A stretch of 40,600 nucleotides of DNA from Candidatus Nomurabacteria bacterium RIFCSPLOWO2_01_FULL_41_12 (GTDB taxonomy: Bacteria > Patescibacteriota > Minisyncoccia > Phycocordibacterales > UBA9973). The notes below the pieces were generated by a model, which saw only the letters and a program-made list of their open reading frames with translations, ran no database searches and was not told the origin of the DNA. The translations under genes and the position numbers were made by a program. The first letter of the stretch is position 1. Each line of letters starts with the position of its first letter. Positions 8,584-17,289 of the stretch are shown one piece after another. The stretch covers positions 7,355 to 47,954 of the forward strand of contig MFUY01000002.1 in NCBI GenBank assembly GCA_001787035.1, written 5' to 3'.

Positions 8584-9413
8584 TTTATGATATTTAAGCC
8601 TTCAATCGGCTCTCCGGGCTTGTAATAAGGAGCGAATGCTTCATAAATCTCTTTTACCAGATTCTCATCCTTTTTTTTCGCCCGGTCAAAAATATCTGGG
8701 GGCATTACCGGGAAAATGTTTGGATGCGTGTTCACTCTTTTAATTAATTCTTTTGCTCCTTCATAATGCGTATCGTAAATATGCGCATTGGAAATAGTAT
8801 GGGTATAAACTCCAGGTTTCACTCCCAGTTTTTGCGCAACTATATACATGAGGAGGGTAAAGCCAAAAGTATCAAAAGGGCATCCTAGCATCATGTCATT
8901 TGACCTTATAATATTGTGCAAATGAAGCCTCCTACCGATGATATTTATGGTAAAGGCAAAAGGGCAAGGCACGTTCTTTTTCTCCGTTCCGCCAAACCCG
9001 TCATCGCCCGGGTCCCAGGTGACTATCACTCCCTGGCGAGAAGTCGGGTCTTTTGTAAGTAATTCTATCAGCTTGCCTAGCTGGTCTCTTTTGAAATGAT
9101 GTTTCCAGCGATATCCGTAGGCTGCGGTAATCGTACCGTCCGGCTCAATAAATTCATCCCACATTTTTGTATATTTTCGCAAAAACTCAGTATCTTTCTC
9201 GCCAGTTATAAACCAAACTTGCTCGGCAATGGGCGACTTTATAGGATTTTTCCTTAGCGTCAAAATAGGAAAACCATCTTTTTCTATATCAATTTGGAAA
9301 GTAATCCCGGGCAAGGCTTTTGTTTTATGGCCCGTTCTCTCGTTAAGCTCTTCTATTCCTTCAGACATTATTTTCTTAATAATGTTTTGATAGATTGTAT
9401 CAAAAGTGGTCAT
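8580..9413 (-). CDS. thymidylate synthase (ThyA) family enzyme with Asp at the Asn177 specificity position
   Basis: 277 aa counted from the ATG at 9413. The track ORF runs on to 9638, but the ThyA alignment begins at MTTFDTIYQ. Motifs: NERTGHKT, MWDEF, catalytic Cys in NVPCPFAF (codon 8964-8966), IRSNDMMLGCPFD (Asp codon 8871-8873), NAHIY. Confidence 0.85.
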   Translation of the reverse strand: MTTFDTIYQNIIKKIMSEGIEELNERTGHKTKALPGITFQIDIEKDGFPILTLRKNPIKSPIAEQVWFITGEKDTEFLRKYTKMWDEFIEPDGTITAAYGYRWKHHFKRDQLGKLIELLTKDPTSRQGVIVTWDPGDDGFGGTEKKNVPCPFAFTINIIGRRLHLHNIIRSNDMMLGCPFDTFGFTLLMYIVAQKLGVKPGVYTHTISNAHIYDTHYEGAKELIKRVNTHPNIFPVMPPDIFDRAKKKDENLVKEIYEAFAPYYKPGEPIEGLNIIK

Positions 9414-9438
9414 ATAGTAGAGTATACAATATAAACTT

Positions 9439-9927
9439 ATGGAAACAAGAAATATCAAATATCCGTATTTGCCGGAAAGCCGAACTATTTTATATGTTCC
9501 CGAGGAAAATAAATATATGTTTTCCGCCAAAGAAGTTGCACTCAGAGAATCTACTGATAAAAAGATTTCAACCGGAGTTGTAATTGTAAATGAGCAGGGC
9601 GAGATTTTGGTTAAGGCTGCAAACCAGTCCGCGCTCAAAAATCAATATCTTCTAGCTACCCATAAAAACTGGTGTATCAGAAAACTTTTTAAAATTCCTT
9701 CGGGGCAAAAATATTGGCTATGTCCCGGATGCGCTTCGCACAGGAATCATGGGGAATATAGGGCGATAAAGATGCTGGAAAAAAAATTTCCGAATAAAGT
9801 TGGCTCAAGTTTAGATTTATATTTGTGGGGGCATTGGTGGTGCTGCAAGCCTTGTTGGGATAAAATGATAGAGGTTGGAATCAGGAGTGTATATCTTCTG
9901 CAGGGGGCAGATAAACTTTTTAAATAA
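9439..9927 (+). CDS. cytidine/deoxycytidylate deaminase-fold zinc enzyme (dCMP deaminase-like)
   Basis: 162 aa. NHGEYRAI (H-x-E zinc/catalytic motif) and CKPCWDKM (PCxxC). Divergent from the ThyA-like gene across a 25-bp spacer. Confidence 0.65.
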   Translation: METRNIKYPYLPESRTILYVPEENKYMFSAKEVALRESTDKKISTGVVIVNEQGEILVKAANQSALKNQYLLATHKNWCIRKLFKIPSGQKYWLCPGCASHRNHGEYRAIKMLEKKFPNKVGSSLDLYLWGHWWCCKPCWDKMIEVGIRSVYLLQGADKLFK

Positions 9928-9928
9928 T

Positions 9929-10360
9929 ATGAAAAAGAAACTTTACATCGGTTGCGCTTTGACAAATATCCCAGTTGATAAAAGGAAAATTCTTCTAGAG
10001 ATGATTGTTAAAATAAAAAAGGAATTAAGTAATCATTTTGAAATTCTAGAGTTTTTAGGGGTTGATGATTTGGGGACCGATCGTCCTTTTTCTCCACGTG
10101 AAATTTATAATTTTGATATAAAAGAGTGTTTAATGAAAACGGATTATTTTTTAGCAATTTGTGATTATCCTGCACTTGGTCTTGGTTATGAGATAGCTAC
10201 AGCTGTGGAGAAAAGAGGAATTCCGGTTTTGGCTCTGGCTCATAAGGATTCTAAGGTTTCTAGATGTATTGTTGGTATTGATCATCCCAATTTTCATTTC
10301 ATGTATTATGATTCGGTGGAAGATATTATTGAAAAAACCTTTAAAACATTGACAAATTAA
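9929..10360 (+). CDS. nucleoside 2-deoxyribosyltransferase/DNPH1-like fold protein
   Basis: 143 aa from the ATG at 9929 (the track start 9875 overlaps the upstream gene). LYIGCAL... and PALGLGYEIATAVEKRGIPVLAL resemble the NDT-family core. Weak assignment. Confidence 0.4.
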   Translation: MKKKLYIGCALTNIPVDKRKILLEMIVKIKKELSNHFEILEFLGVDDLGTDRPFSPREIYNFDIKECLMKTDYFLAICDYPALGLGYEIATAVEKRGIPVLALAHKDSKVSRCIVGIDHPNFHFMYYDSVEDIIEKTFKTLTN

Positions 10361-10420
10361 CACGAAAATGCTATTCTTTTTATATCATTCTCATCTATTA
10401 CATATTGGGAGTGACCCATT

Positions 10421-11656
10421 ATGTACGCACATCATCAATCAGGACCAAAGAAATTTGGCCGTTCATCTTCTTTTAGAGCTAGACCCCGTTTAGGAGGCGG
10501 ACGGTTTTCTCGTTCAAAGAGCAATAGAAGGTCGCGTGGCGAGCACATAGATTTTTCGCGCTTTGTTAAAAAGAATGTTTATGTGGAAGAAAAGCCCTAT
10601 TTGTCCAAACACACCTTCGCAGATTTCTCCTTTAATCCTCAATTGCATAAAAACATAACTCGTGCCGGGTTCATCCATCCCCGGCCTATTCAAGACCAGG
10701 CGATACCGACGGTACTAAAAGGCTCGGACGTCTTTGGCATGGCCAATACTGGTACAGGCAAGACTGCGGCATTTTTACTTCCTTTAATTGAAAAAATCGC
10801 TAAGACCAGAGGCAAGAACATGAGAGAAAAGGTCTTGATAATGGCGCCAACTAGAGAGCTTGCGCTACAGATAGAGGAGGACTTTAAAAACCTCGCTTTT
10901 GGGTTCGGGATGTTTTCGGTCGCTTGTGTGGGAGGCCTACCTATCACCAAACAAATTAGAGAAATACAATTAGGTGTTTCGTTTATTATCGGCACACCAG
11001 GAAGATTGCGAGATTTGATAAATAGAAAGGTTCTTGATCTTTCTATTTGCCACTCTGTCGTGCTTGACGAAGCAGATAGAATGCTGGATATGGGTTTCCG
11101 GGACGACATGGTTTTTATCATCGGCAAAACTGCAAAAGAAAAGCAGACGCTTTTCTTTTCGGCGACGCTTTCCCCAGAAATTAGAAAATTAACGCAACTG
11201 TATCTAAAAGACCCAGTTTTTATTTCCGTAATTTCTGGTGAGACGTTAAAAAATATTGATCAAGATGTCGTTCGTACTAGAAGCAAAGAAGAAAAATTAA
11301 ACAAACTGCACGAAGTTTTGAAAAAAGATGGTTCCGATAAAGTGCTTATTTTTCGCGAGATGAAGCACAGCGTGGATTCTCTGGCGAAAGAATTGTCCCA
11401 TTTTGGTTTTAAAGTAGGCGCTATTCACGGCGACAAAAGAAGCCGTGAACGTATCCGCATACTGGATTCATTTAAAAAAGACAAGATTAATATTTTAATT
11501 GCCACCGACGTGGCCGCGCGCGGGCTTGATATTCCAGACGTAACGCACGTCATCAACTACGACGTGCCTCAAACCTACGATACCTACGTGCACCGTATCG
11601 GCCGCACCGGCCGTTCTGGCAAAAAAGGTACAGCCCTGACTTTCGTACCAGTATAG
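10421..11656 (+). CDS. DEAD-box ATP-dependent RNA helicase with RG/RS-rich N-terminal extension
   Basis: 411 aa. Q motif PRPIQ, Walker A ANTGTGKTAAF, PTRELA, VLDEADRMLDMGF, SAT, ARGLDI, HRIGRTGR. Confidence 0.9.
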   Translation: MYAHHQSGPKKFGRSSSFRARPRLGGGRFSRSKSNRRSRGEHIDFSRFVKKNVYVEEKPYLSKHTFADFSFNPQLHKNITRAGFIHPRPIQDQAIPTVLKGSDVFGMANTGTGKTAAFLLPLIEKIAKTRGKNMREKVLIMAPTRELALQIEEDFKNLAFGFGMFSVACVGGLPITKQIREIQLGVSFIIGTPGRLRDLINRKVLDLSICHSVVLDEADRMLDMGFRDDMVFIIGKTAKEKQTLFFSATLSPEIRKLTQLYLKDPVFISVISGETLKNIDQDVVRTRSKEEKLNKLHEVLKKDGSDKVLIFREMKHSVDSLAKELSHFGFKVGAIHGDKRSRERIRILDSFKKDKINILIATDVAARGLDIPDVTHVINYDVPQTYDTYVHRIGRTGRSGKKGTALTFVPV

Positions 11657-11676
11657 ATGTTATAATTAAAATACAT

Positions 11677-12567
11677 ATGCTTGAAGGAAATTTAGTTAAA
11701 ACTATCACTTCCGATGGCTTGGAGTTAGTCGGTTTTTGGGCCAACGCTAAAAGTGATATTGCTGTATTTCACTCTCACGGAACAGCCGGGGATTTCTACA
11801 CCCATAAATTTATAGAAGAAGAAGGAGAGAGATTGTCCCAAAAAGGTATTTCTTTTTTAACTGCCAACAATCGGGGGCATGATGTATATGCAGATATTAG
11901 AAAGCACAAAAACGGAAAGGTGAAATGGACCCAAATCGGTGGCGGGTTTGAAAAATTTGAAGATTGCCTTTTGGATATCGATGCTTGGGTTAAATTTTTA
12001 ATAAAAAATGGTGTCAAAAAAATTATTCTGCAAGGGCATAGTTTATCCCAAAAGATTTTATATTATCAGTATGCTAAGAAGAATCCAAAAGTAGTTGGAC
12101 AAATTCATTTATCACCGCAAAACGACGATGGCCTAATGTTCTTTTCTTTGGGTGCAAAGAAGTATAAAGAAATAAATAAAAAGATTAGAAAAATGATTAA
12201 AAACGGTAAGGCAAATGAGATACTTTCCAAAGATCTTTCTCCAGTCAGTTACACCACTTCGGCTCAGATGTACTCTGGTTATTTAACTGATTACGGAGTT
12301 GGAACTTTAACCCCTTATCATAATCCTAAATCAAAAAACTGGCAGATATTAGAGAAAACGAGAAACCCTCTTTTGGTTATTTTTGGTGGCAAAGATGCTT
12401 ACATTAAACCATCTCCAAAAATTGCGGCCAAACTTATAAGAGAAAAAGCAAAATTAGCCAAATCACTCGAGGTTAAAGTTATTAAAAGTGCTACCCATAG
12501 TTATATTGGCTATGAAAAAGAGTTGGTAAAAATTATTACCAATTGGATTAAAGAAAATTTTCTTTAG
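11677..12567 (+). CDS. alpha/beta-fold hydrolase
   Basis: 296 aa. Nucleophile elbow GHSLS, HG oxyanion region (FHSHGTAGD), C-terminal ATHSY. Confidence 0.65.
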   Translation: MLEGNLVKTITSDGLELVGFWANAKSDIAVFHSHGTAGDFYTHKFIEEEGERLSQKGISFLTANNRGHDVYADIRKHKNGKVKWTQIGGGFEKFEDCLLDIDAWVKFLIKNGVKKIILQGHSLSQKILYYQYAKKNPKVVGQIHLSPQNDDGLMFFSLGAKKYKEINKKIRKMIKNGKANEILSKDLSPVSYTTSAQMYSGYLTDYGVGTLTPYHNPKSKNWQILEKTRNPLLVIFGGKDAYIKPSPKIAAKLIREKAKLAKSLEVKVIKSATHSYIGYEKELVKIITNWIKENFL

Positions 12568-12572
12568 AGTTT

Positions 12573-12821
12573 TTATGCTTTTATCAAGCCAGCCTTAAGT
12601 AGAGTGGCATAGGCGCCCCGCTTTTTCATTGTGCGCATGCCTTGGACGGAGACTTCTATATTTACAAATTTGTTGATTTCAGGAATAAAAACCCTCTTCT
12701 TTTGAAGATTTAAGTATTTTCGGACTTTGCCGGTTGGATTGAATTTAGTGGCACGAGTCCTGTTGGAATACCCGCCACCTACAAGTGAACCCTTTTTTGT
12801 TATCGCGCATGTTTTCGCCAT
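12573..12821 (-). CDS. rpmB: 50S ribosomal protein L28
   Basis: 82 aa. MAKTCAITKKGSLVGGGYSNRTRATKFNP... Confidence 0.85.
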   Translation of the reverse strand: MAKTCAITKKGSLVGGGYSNRTRATKFNPTGKVRKYLNLQKKRVFIPEINKFVNIEVSVQGMRTMKKRGAYATLLKAGLIKA

Positions 12822-12849
12822 AGTTTTTTCATGCTATCATAGAATTTAT

Positions 12850-13470
12850 ATGGACGCAATGGATGCAGTTTTTTATATAGCCATACTAGTGATGTCTATA
12901 GTCATGCACGAAGTTTCGCACGGCTTTATGGCGGAATATTTCGGCGACAAGACGGCGCGCTATGCCGGCCGTCTGACACTCAACCCGCTCAAGCACTTGG
13001 ATTTATTCGGTTCGGTGCTTTTACCTGTACTTCTGGTTATATCAAATGCTCCTTTTTTGTTTGGTTGGGCGAAGCCGGTGCCGTATAATCCAGACAACTT
13101 AAGCAATAGGAAGTGGGGGACGATATGGGTTGCGGCGGCCGGAGTGCTCGCCAACTTTTCTATCGCATTTTTATTCGGGGTCATTATCCGTCTTAGTTCC
13201 GGGATGATCTTACCTGATGCTTTTTACTTTATAACATCCGTGATTGTTGTTATAAATCTTGCTCTAGGGATATTCAACTTAGTACCGATTCCGCCCTTAG
13301 ATGGTTCCAAAATACTTTTTTCCTTTTTACCCTTCTCTTTTTCCAAAGCAGTAATGTTTTTTGAGCAATACTCACTTGCTCTACTTCTTCTTTTTATTGT
13401 TTTCTTTGCTGATTATTTATCTCCGATACTGGCTTATCTTTTTACTCTTATCACCGGCCTTGCATTTTAG
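12850..13470 (+). CDS. site-2 protease family (M50) membrane metalloprotease
   Basis: 206 aa from the ATG at 12850 (the track start 12727 would overlap rpmB). HEVSHG zinc motif, multiple TM segments, NLVPIPPLDGSK. Confidence 0.75.
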   Translation: MDAMDAVFYIAILVMSIVMHEVSHGFMAEYFGDKTARYAGRLTLNPLKHLDLFGSVLLPVLLVISNAPFLFGWAKPVPYNPDNLSNRKWGTIWVAAAGVLANFSIAFLFGVIIRLSSGMILPDAFYFITSVIVVINLALGIFNLVPIPPLDGSKILFSFLPFSFSKAVMFFEQYSLALLLLFIVFFADYLSPILAYLFTLITGLAF

Positions 13471-13504
13471 CCTGTCCCGTATCAAGCTTACTTTGGTTCG
13501 GGGT

Positions 13505-13533
13505 TTGCAATTTCCTCTATGTTATAGTATATT
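13505..13533 (+). promoter_or_regulatory. sigma70-like promoter upstream of rpsL
   Basis: TTGCAA (13505-13510), 17-nt spacer, TATATT (13528-13533). Confidence 0.5.
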
Positions 13534-13540
13534 TTCACCT

Positions 13541-13564
13541 GAGTCTTCGGACTCTTTTGTTTTC
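13541..13564 (+). promoter_or_regulatory. 5'-leader hairpin plus U-tract in the rpsL leader
   Basis: GAGTC-TTCG-GACTC (13541-13554) followed by TTTTGTTTTC. The same promoter/hairpin/T-run layout occurs upstream of tuf and rpsS. Confidence 0.45.
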
Positions 13565-13578
13565 AATAGTCAAATTTG

Positions 13579-14004
13579 ATGCCAACAATTAATCAATTAA
13601 TAAAGAAAAACAGGGTTAAAGTCCACGCCAAGCACAAGACGGTGGCTTTGGCCAAGGGTTTCAATGTCTTGAAAAACAGGCCGGTCTTTTTTCCGGCGCC
13701 CTTCAAGCGCGGCGTCTGCGTGAAAGTTTCAACCACGACTCCCAAAAAGCCGAACTCTGCGTTGCGTAAAATCGCCAGAGTGCGCTTGACCAACGGCATG
13801 GAAGTCACAGCCTATATTCCGGGCGAAGGACACAACTTACAAGAACACTCAGTGGTTATGCTCCGAGGAGGACGTGTGAAGGACTTGATCGGAGTACGGT
13901 ATCACATTGTGCGTGGAGTGCTTGATACACAGGGTGTTGAAAAGAGGCGTCAAGCACGTTCTCTTTATGGAAATAAGAAGCCTAAAGAAACAAAAGCAAA
14001 ATAA
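13579..14004 (+). CDS. rpsL: 30S ribosomal protein S12
   Basis: [10 protein letters not shown]..., [21 protein letters not shown] at 13579 (the track begins at an upstream TTG). Confidence 0.95.
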   Translation: MPTINQLIKKNRVKVHAKHKTVALAKGFNVLKNRPVFFPAPFKRGVCVKVSTTTPKKPNSALRKIARVRLTNGMEVTAYIPGEGHNLQEHSVVMLRGGRVKDLIGVRYHIVRGVLDTQGVEKRRQARSLYGNKKPKETKAK

Positions 14005-14007
14005 TTT

Positions 14008-14478
14008 ATGCGAAGAAAAGTAAAAAATAGAAATATAGTTTCTCCTGACTTCGTTTACAACTCGGAGAAGTTGGAGAAATTTATCAATTACATTATGTGG
14101 TCCGGCAAAAAGGAAACTGCCCGGAAAGTGATGTATGCCACCTTTGATACAATAAAAGAAAAAACAGGTAATCCGAATCCACTGGAAGTTTTTGATCTGG
14201 CTTTGCGTAATGCCGGTCCTTCCACTGAAGTGCGCTCCAAGCGCATCGGAGGCGCGAACTATCAAGTACCGATAGAGGTGCGGGCGGAGAGAAAACTCGC
14301 TCTTGCTATGCGCTGGATCCGCGATGCTGCCCGGGGTGGCAAAGGCAGGCCGATGCATTTGAAACTCGCCGATGAATTAATTTCCGCTTCCAAGAACGAA
14401 GGCTCGGCCATCAAAAAGAAAGAAGATACACACAAAATGGCCGAAGCCAACAAGGCTTTCGCTCATTTCGCCTGGTAA
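14008..14478 (+). CDS. rpsG: 30S ribosomal protein S7
   Basis: 156 aa. GKKETARKV, VRSKRIGGANYQVPIEVR, ANKAFAHFAW. Confidence 0.95.
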   Translation: MRRKVKNRNIVSPDFVYNSEKLEKFINYIMWSGKKETARKVMYATFDTIKEKTGNPNPLEVFDLALRNAGPSTEVRSKRIGGANYQVPIEVRAERKLALAMRWIRDAARGGKGRPMHLKLADELISASKNEGSAIKKKEDTHKMAEANKAFAHFAW

Positions 14479-14487
14479 TCAAAATAT

Positions 14488-16635
14488 ATGGAACGGGATT
14501 ATCCTCTGGAAAAAGTCAGGAATATTGGAATTATTGCGCACATTGATGCGGGTAAGACGACCACGACCGAGCGCGTGCTTTTTTATACCGGTGTGTCGCA
14601 TAAAATCGGCGAAGTGCATGAAGGGGATACCACTACTGACTGGATGGAGCAGGAGCGGGAGCGCGGTATTACCATTACCTCTGCCGCGGTCACTTGTTTT
14701 TGGACTCCGACTTACGCAGGGACTGATAAAACTAAAAAACACCGCTTCAACATTATTGATACTCCTGGGCACATTGATTTTACCGTAGAAGTGAAGCGAT
14801 CTCTTCGTGTTTTAGACGGTGCTGTCGTCGTCTTTGACGGTGTGGCTGGAGTAGAGCCTCAGTCTGAAACAAATTGGCGTTATGCGGATGAAGCAAAGGT
14901 TCCCCGTATTTGTTTTATAAACAAACTGGACCGAACAGGCGCTTCTTTTGAGCATTCATATGAGACTATTTTAGACAGATTAAGTAAAAAAGCTGTGCGT
15001 GTGCAGATTCCTATCGGGCTCGAAGAAAAGTTTGAGGGGGTTGTTGATATTCTTCGTATGAAGGCCTATTACTTTGAAGGAGAAATGGGTAATCAGGTAA
15101 GGGAAGCAGAAATTCCGGAAAATTTAAAAGCTGATGCGGAAAAATATCATAGTGAACTGGTTGAGAAAATAGTTGAGACCGATGAAGTTATGATGACGGA
15201 ATATCTGGAAGGAATGATTCCTAATTTTGACACGCTGAAAAAAACTCTTCGCAAGGCGGTTATTGGGAATAATATTTTCCCGGTATTTGCTGGGAGCGCA
15301 TTAAAGAATAAAGGTATCCAGCTGGTCTTGGACGCCGTGGTGGACTATTTGCCCTCACCGCTTGATATTCCGCCTGTCTCCGGTATTGACCCAAATACGG
15401 AAGAGGTTATTACAAGAGGCGCTTCCGACGAAGAGCCTTTTTCCGCGCTTGCTTTCAAAGTCGCGACTGACCCTTTCGTCGGCCAGCTTATTTTCTTCCG
15501 CGTTTACGCCGGAACTTTATCCGCTGGTAGCTATGTCTACAATCCGCGCACGCGCAATAAAGAGCGCATTGGCCGAATTTTACGGATGCATGCCAATGAC
15601 AGGGAAGAAGTAAAAAAAGTTTTTGCCGGAGAAATAGCGGCTGCGGTAGGACTCAAGGATACCATCACGTCAGACACTATTTGTGATGAGGATAAGCCTA
15701 TCATTCTGGATCGCATTGTATTTCCTGAACCGGTTATTTCGCTTCGTATTGAGCCCAAGACAAAAGCCGACCAAGAAAAAATGGGCATGGCCCTTAATCG
15801 CCTGGCACAGGAGGACCCAACTTTTAAAGTTTCAACCGACCAAGAGACAGGCGAGACCATCATTGCCGGCATGGGAGAATTGCACTTGGAAATTATCGTA
15901 GATAGAATGAAGCGTGAGTTTACTGTGGAAGCGAATGTCGGCAAACCGCAAGTGGCTTATCGAGAAACAATCAATGGCACTAGTGAAGCTGAAGGAAAAT
16001 ATATCAAGCAGTCGGGCGGACGCGGAAACTACGGACATGTGAAGATAAAAGTGAAGCCGATGGAGGCGCTTAGCAAAGAAGAATTAGAAGATTTGCCGAA
16101 GAATACCAAGCGCTCTCCGGGTTTTGAATTTATAAATAGCATCAAAGGAGGAGTGATTCCGCAGGAATACATCGCGCCTTGCGAGAAAGGATTTAAAGAA
16201 GGGTTGGAACGCGGAATCGTGGCTGGGTTTAAAATGGTTAATGTTTCAGTAGAGCTTTGGGACGGGTCTTACCATGAAGTTGACTCTAATGAAATGGCTT
16301 TTAAAATCGCCGCGAGTATGGCAGTGCAGGATGCGTGCAAAAGGGCGAATCCAGTAATCCTAGAGCCGATGATGAAAGTGGAAGTTGTTACTCCGGATAA
16401 ATTCATGGGTGATGTAACGGGCAATCTCTCTTCCAAGCGGGCTCTGATTGAAGGGATGGAAGACCGCGGAATGAATAAAGTTATCCGCGCTATTGTGCCT
16501 CTTTCGGAGATGTTCGGCTACATGACCGGCTTGCGTTCCATGACCGAAGGCCGCGCCAGCTTTACTATGGAATTCTTCCGCTACGACATCGTGCCGAACA
16601 ATGTGGCTGAGACCATTATTGCAACTAGGAAATAG
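14488..16635 (+). CDS. fusA: translation elongation factor G
   Basis: 715 aa. [25 protein letters not shown], and the C-terminal [31 protein letters not shown]. Confidence 0.95.
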   Translation: MERDYPLEKVRNIGIIAHIDAGKTTTTERVLFYTGVSHKIGEVHEGDTTTDWMEQERERGITITSAAVTCFWTPTYAGTDKTKKHRFNIIDTPGHIDFTVEVKRSLRVLDGAVVVFDGVAGVEPQSETNWRYADEAKVPRICFINKLDRTGASFEHSYETILDRLSKKAVRVQIPIGLEEKFEGVVDILRMKAYYFEGEMGNQVREAEIPENLKADAEKYHSELVEKIVETDEVMMTEYLEGMIPNFDTLKKTLRKAVIGNNIFPVFAGSALKNKGIQLVLDAVVDYLPSPLDIPPVSGIDPNTEEVITRGASDEEPFSALAFKVATDPFVGQLIFFRVYAGTLSAGSYVYNPRTRNKERIGRILRMHANDREEVKKVFAGEIAAAVGLKDTITSDTICDEDKPIILDRIVFPEPVISLRIEPKTKADQEKMGMALNRLAQEDPTFKVSTDQETGETIIAGMGELHLEIIVDRMKREFTVEANVGKPQVAYRETINGTSEAEGKYIKQSGGRGNYGHVKIKVKPMEALSKEELEDLPKNTKRSPGFEFINSIKGGVIPQEYIAPCEKGFKEGLERGIVAGFKMVNVSVELWDGSYHEVDSNEMAFKIAASMAVQDACKRANPVILEPMMKVEVVTPDKFMGDVTGNLSSKRALIEGMEDRGMNKVIRAIVPLSEMFGYMTGLRSMTEGRASFTMEFFRYDIVPNNVAETIIATRK

Positions 16636-16669
16636 ATTTATGGGGGAAAATATGTGGTAGAATGGTTGA

Positions 16670-17209
16670 GTGACTACTCAATTTAAAAAATTTCTCATTG
16701 GGCTGTTTTCTTTAGTACTTGGAATCGCAACTTTCGTTGTCCTACTTTACTTTACTATACCTCGTAATGCGGGATTGGAGGGTATTGTTATTGCAATGAG
16801 TGATATAGGGTTATCTCTTGGTAGCATTTTTATTTATTACATTCTACTTATCCGAGTGTTCAGACAATTTGTCTTTGAGGATTTTATGGGTGCAGCTAAC
16901 CAAAATACACAAAGCTCTAATATACTTTTAGAAAATAAATTTAGTGTCCTGACGCTACTAGCCATTCTCTCGGTTTTTGTAAGCGGTCAATACGGTGTGA
17001 TTTTTTACGGGCTGGTTCCTGTTTTTGGCATTTTAAGCTTATTTAAGGACAGAAAAGCGGGGAAACTTTTAATTCTTACAATAGGAGCTGTATTTTTGAT
17101 ATTCACGTTTTATGAGCGTCAAACTGGATATCAAAAATGTCTTCAAGAAAAAATAGCTTATGAAAGTGACCCCAAAAATAATGCTGGCAGTTTTACTTGC
17201 GTCAATTGA
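16670..17209 (+). CDS. hypothetical multi-pass membrane protein
   Basis: 179-aa ORF with a GTG start and several hydrophobic segments. TGG-TAGAAT extended -10-like site at 16655-16663. No family recognised. It lies between fusA and the fusA 3'-end relic. Confidence 0.45.
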   Translation: MTTQFKKFLIGLFSLVLGIATFVVLLYFTIPRNAGLEGIVIAMSDIGLSLGSIFIYYILLIRVFRQFVFEDFMGAANQNTQSSNILLENKFSVLTLLAILSVFVSGQYGVIFYGLVPVFGILSLFKDRKAGKLLILTIGAVFLIFTFYERQTGYQKCLQEKIAYESDPKNNAGSFTCVN

Positions 17210-17232
17210 CTAACAAGAATCGTTCTTGCTAA

Positions 17233-17289
17233 TTTTATGATATAGTTCCTAATAATGTTGCCGAGACAATTATTGCCGCCAGAAAATAA
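17233..17289 (+). pseudogene. relic duplicate of the fusA 3' end ([18 protein letters not shown]-stop)
   Basis: 17236-17289 aligns codon for codon with fusA 16582-16635, with 40 of 54 nt identical. 11 differences are synonymous third positions, one is TAG vs TAA, and two fall in a single Thr-to-Ala codon. A TAA at 17230-17232 closes the frame upstream. Confidence 0.75.

Noticed and set aside
9414-9638. 75-aa N-terminal extension of the ThyA-like gene given by the ORF track (start at 9638)
   Set aside because: The extension overlaps the divergent deaminase gene (9439..9927). It has no similarity to ThyA, whereas the alignment to ThyA starts exactly at the ATG at 9413 (MTTFDTIYQ...). The same reasoning was applied to the track starts at 9875, 12727, 26096, 30272, 35586 and 37071.
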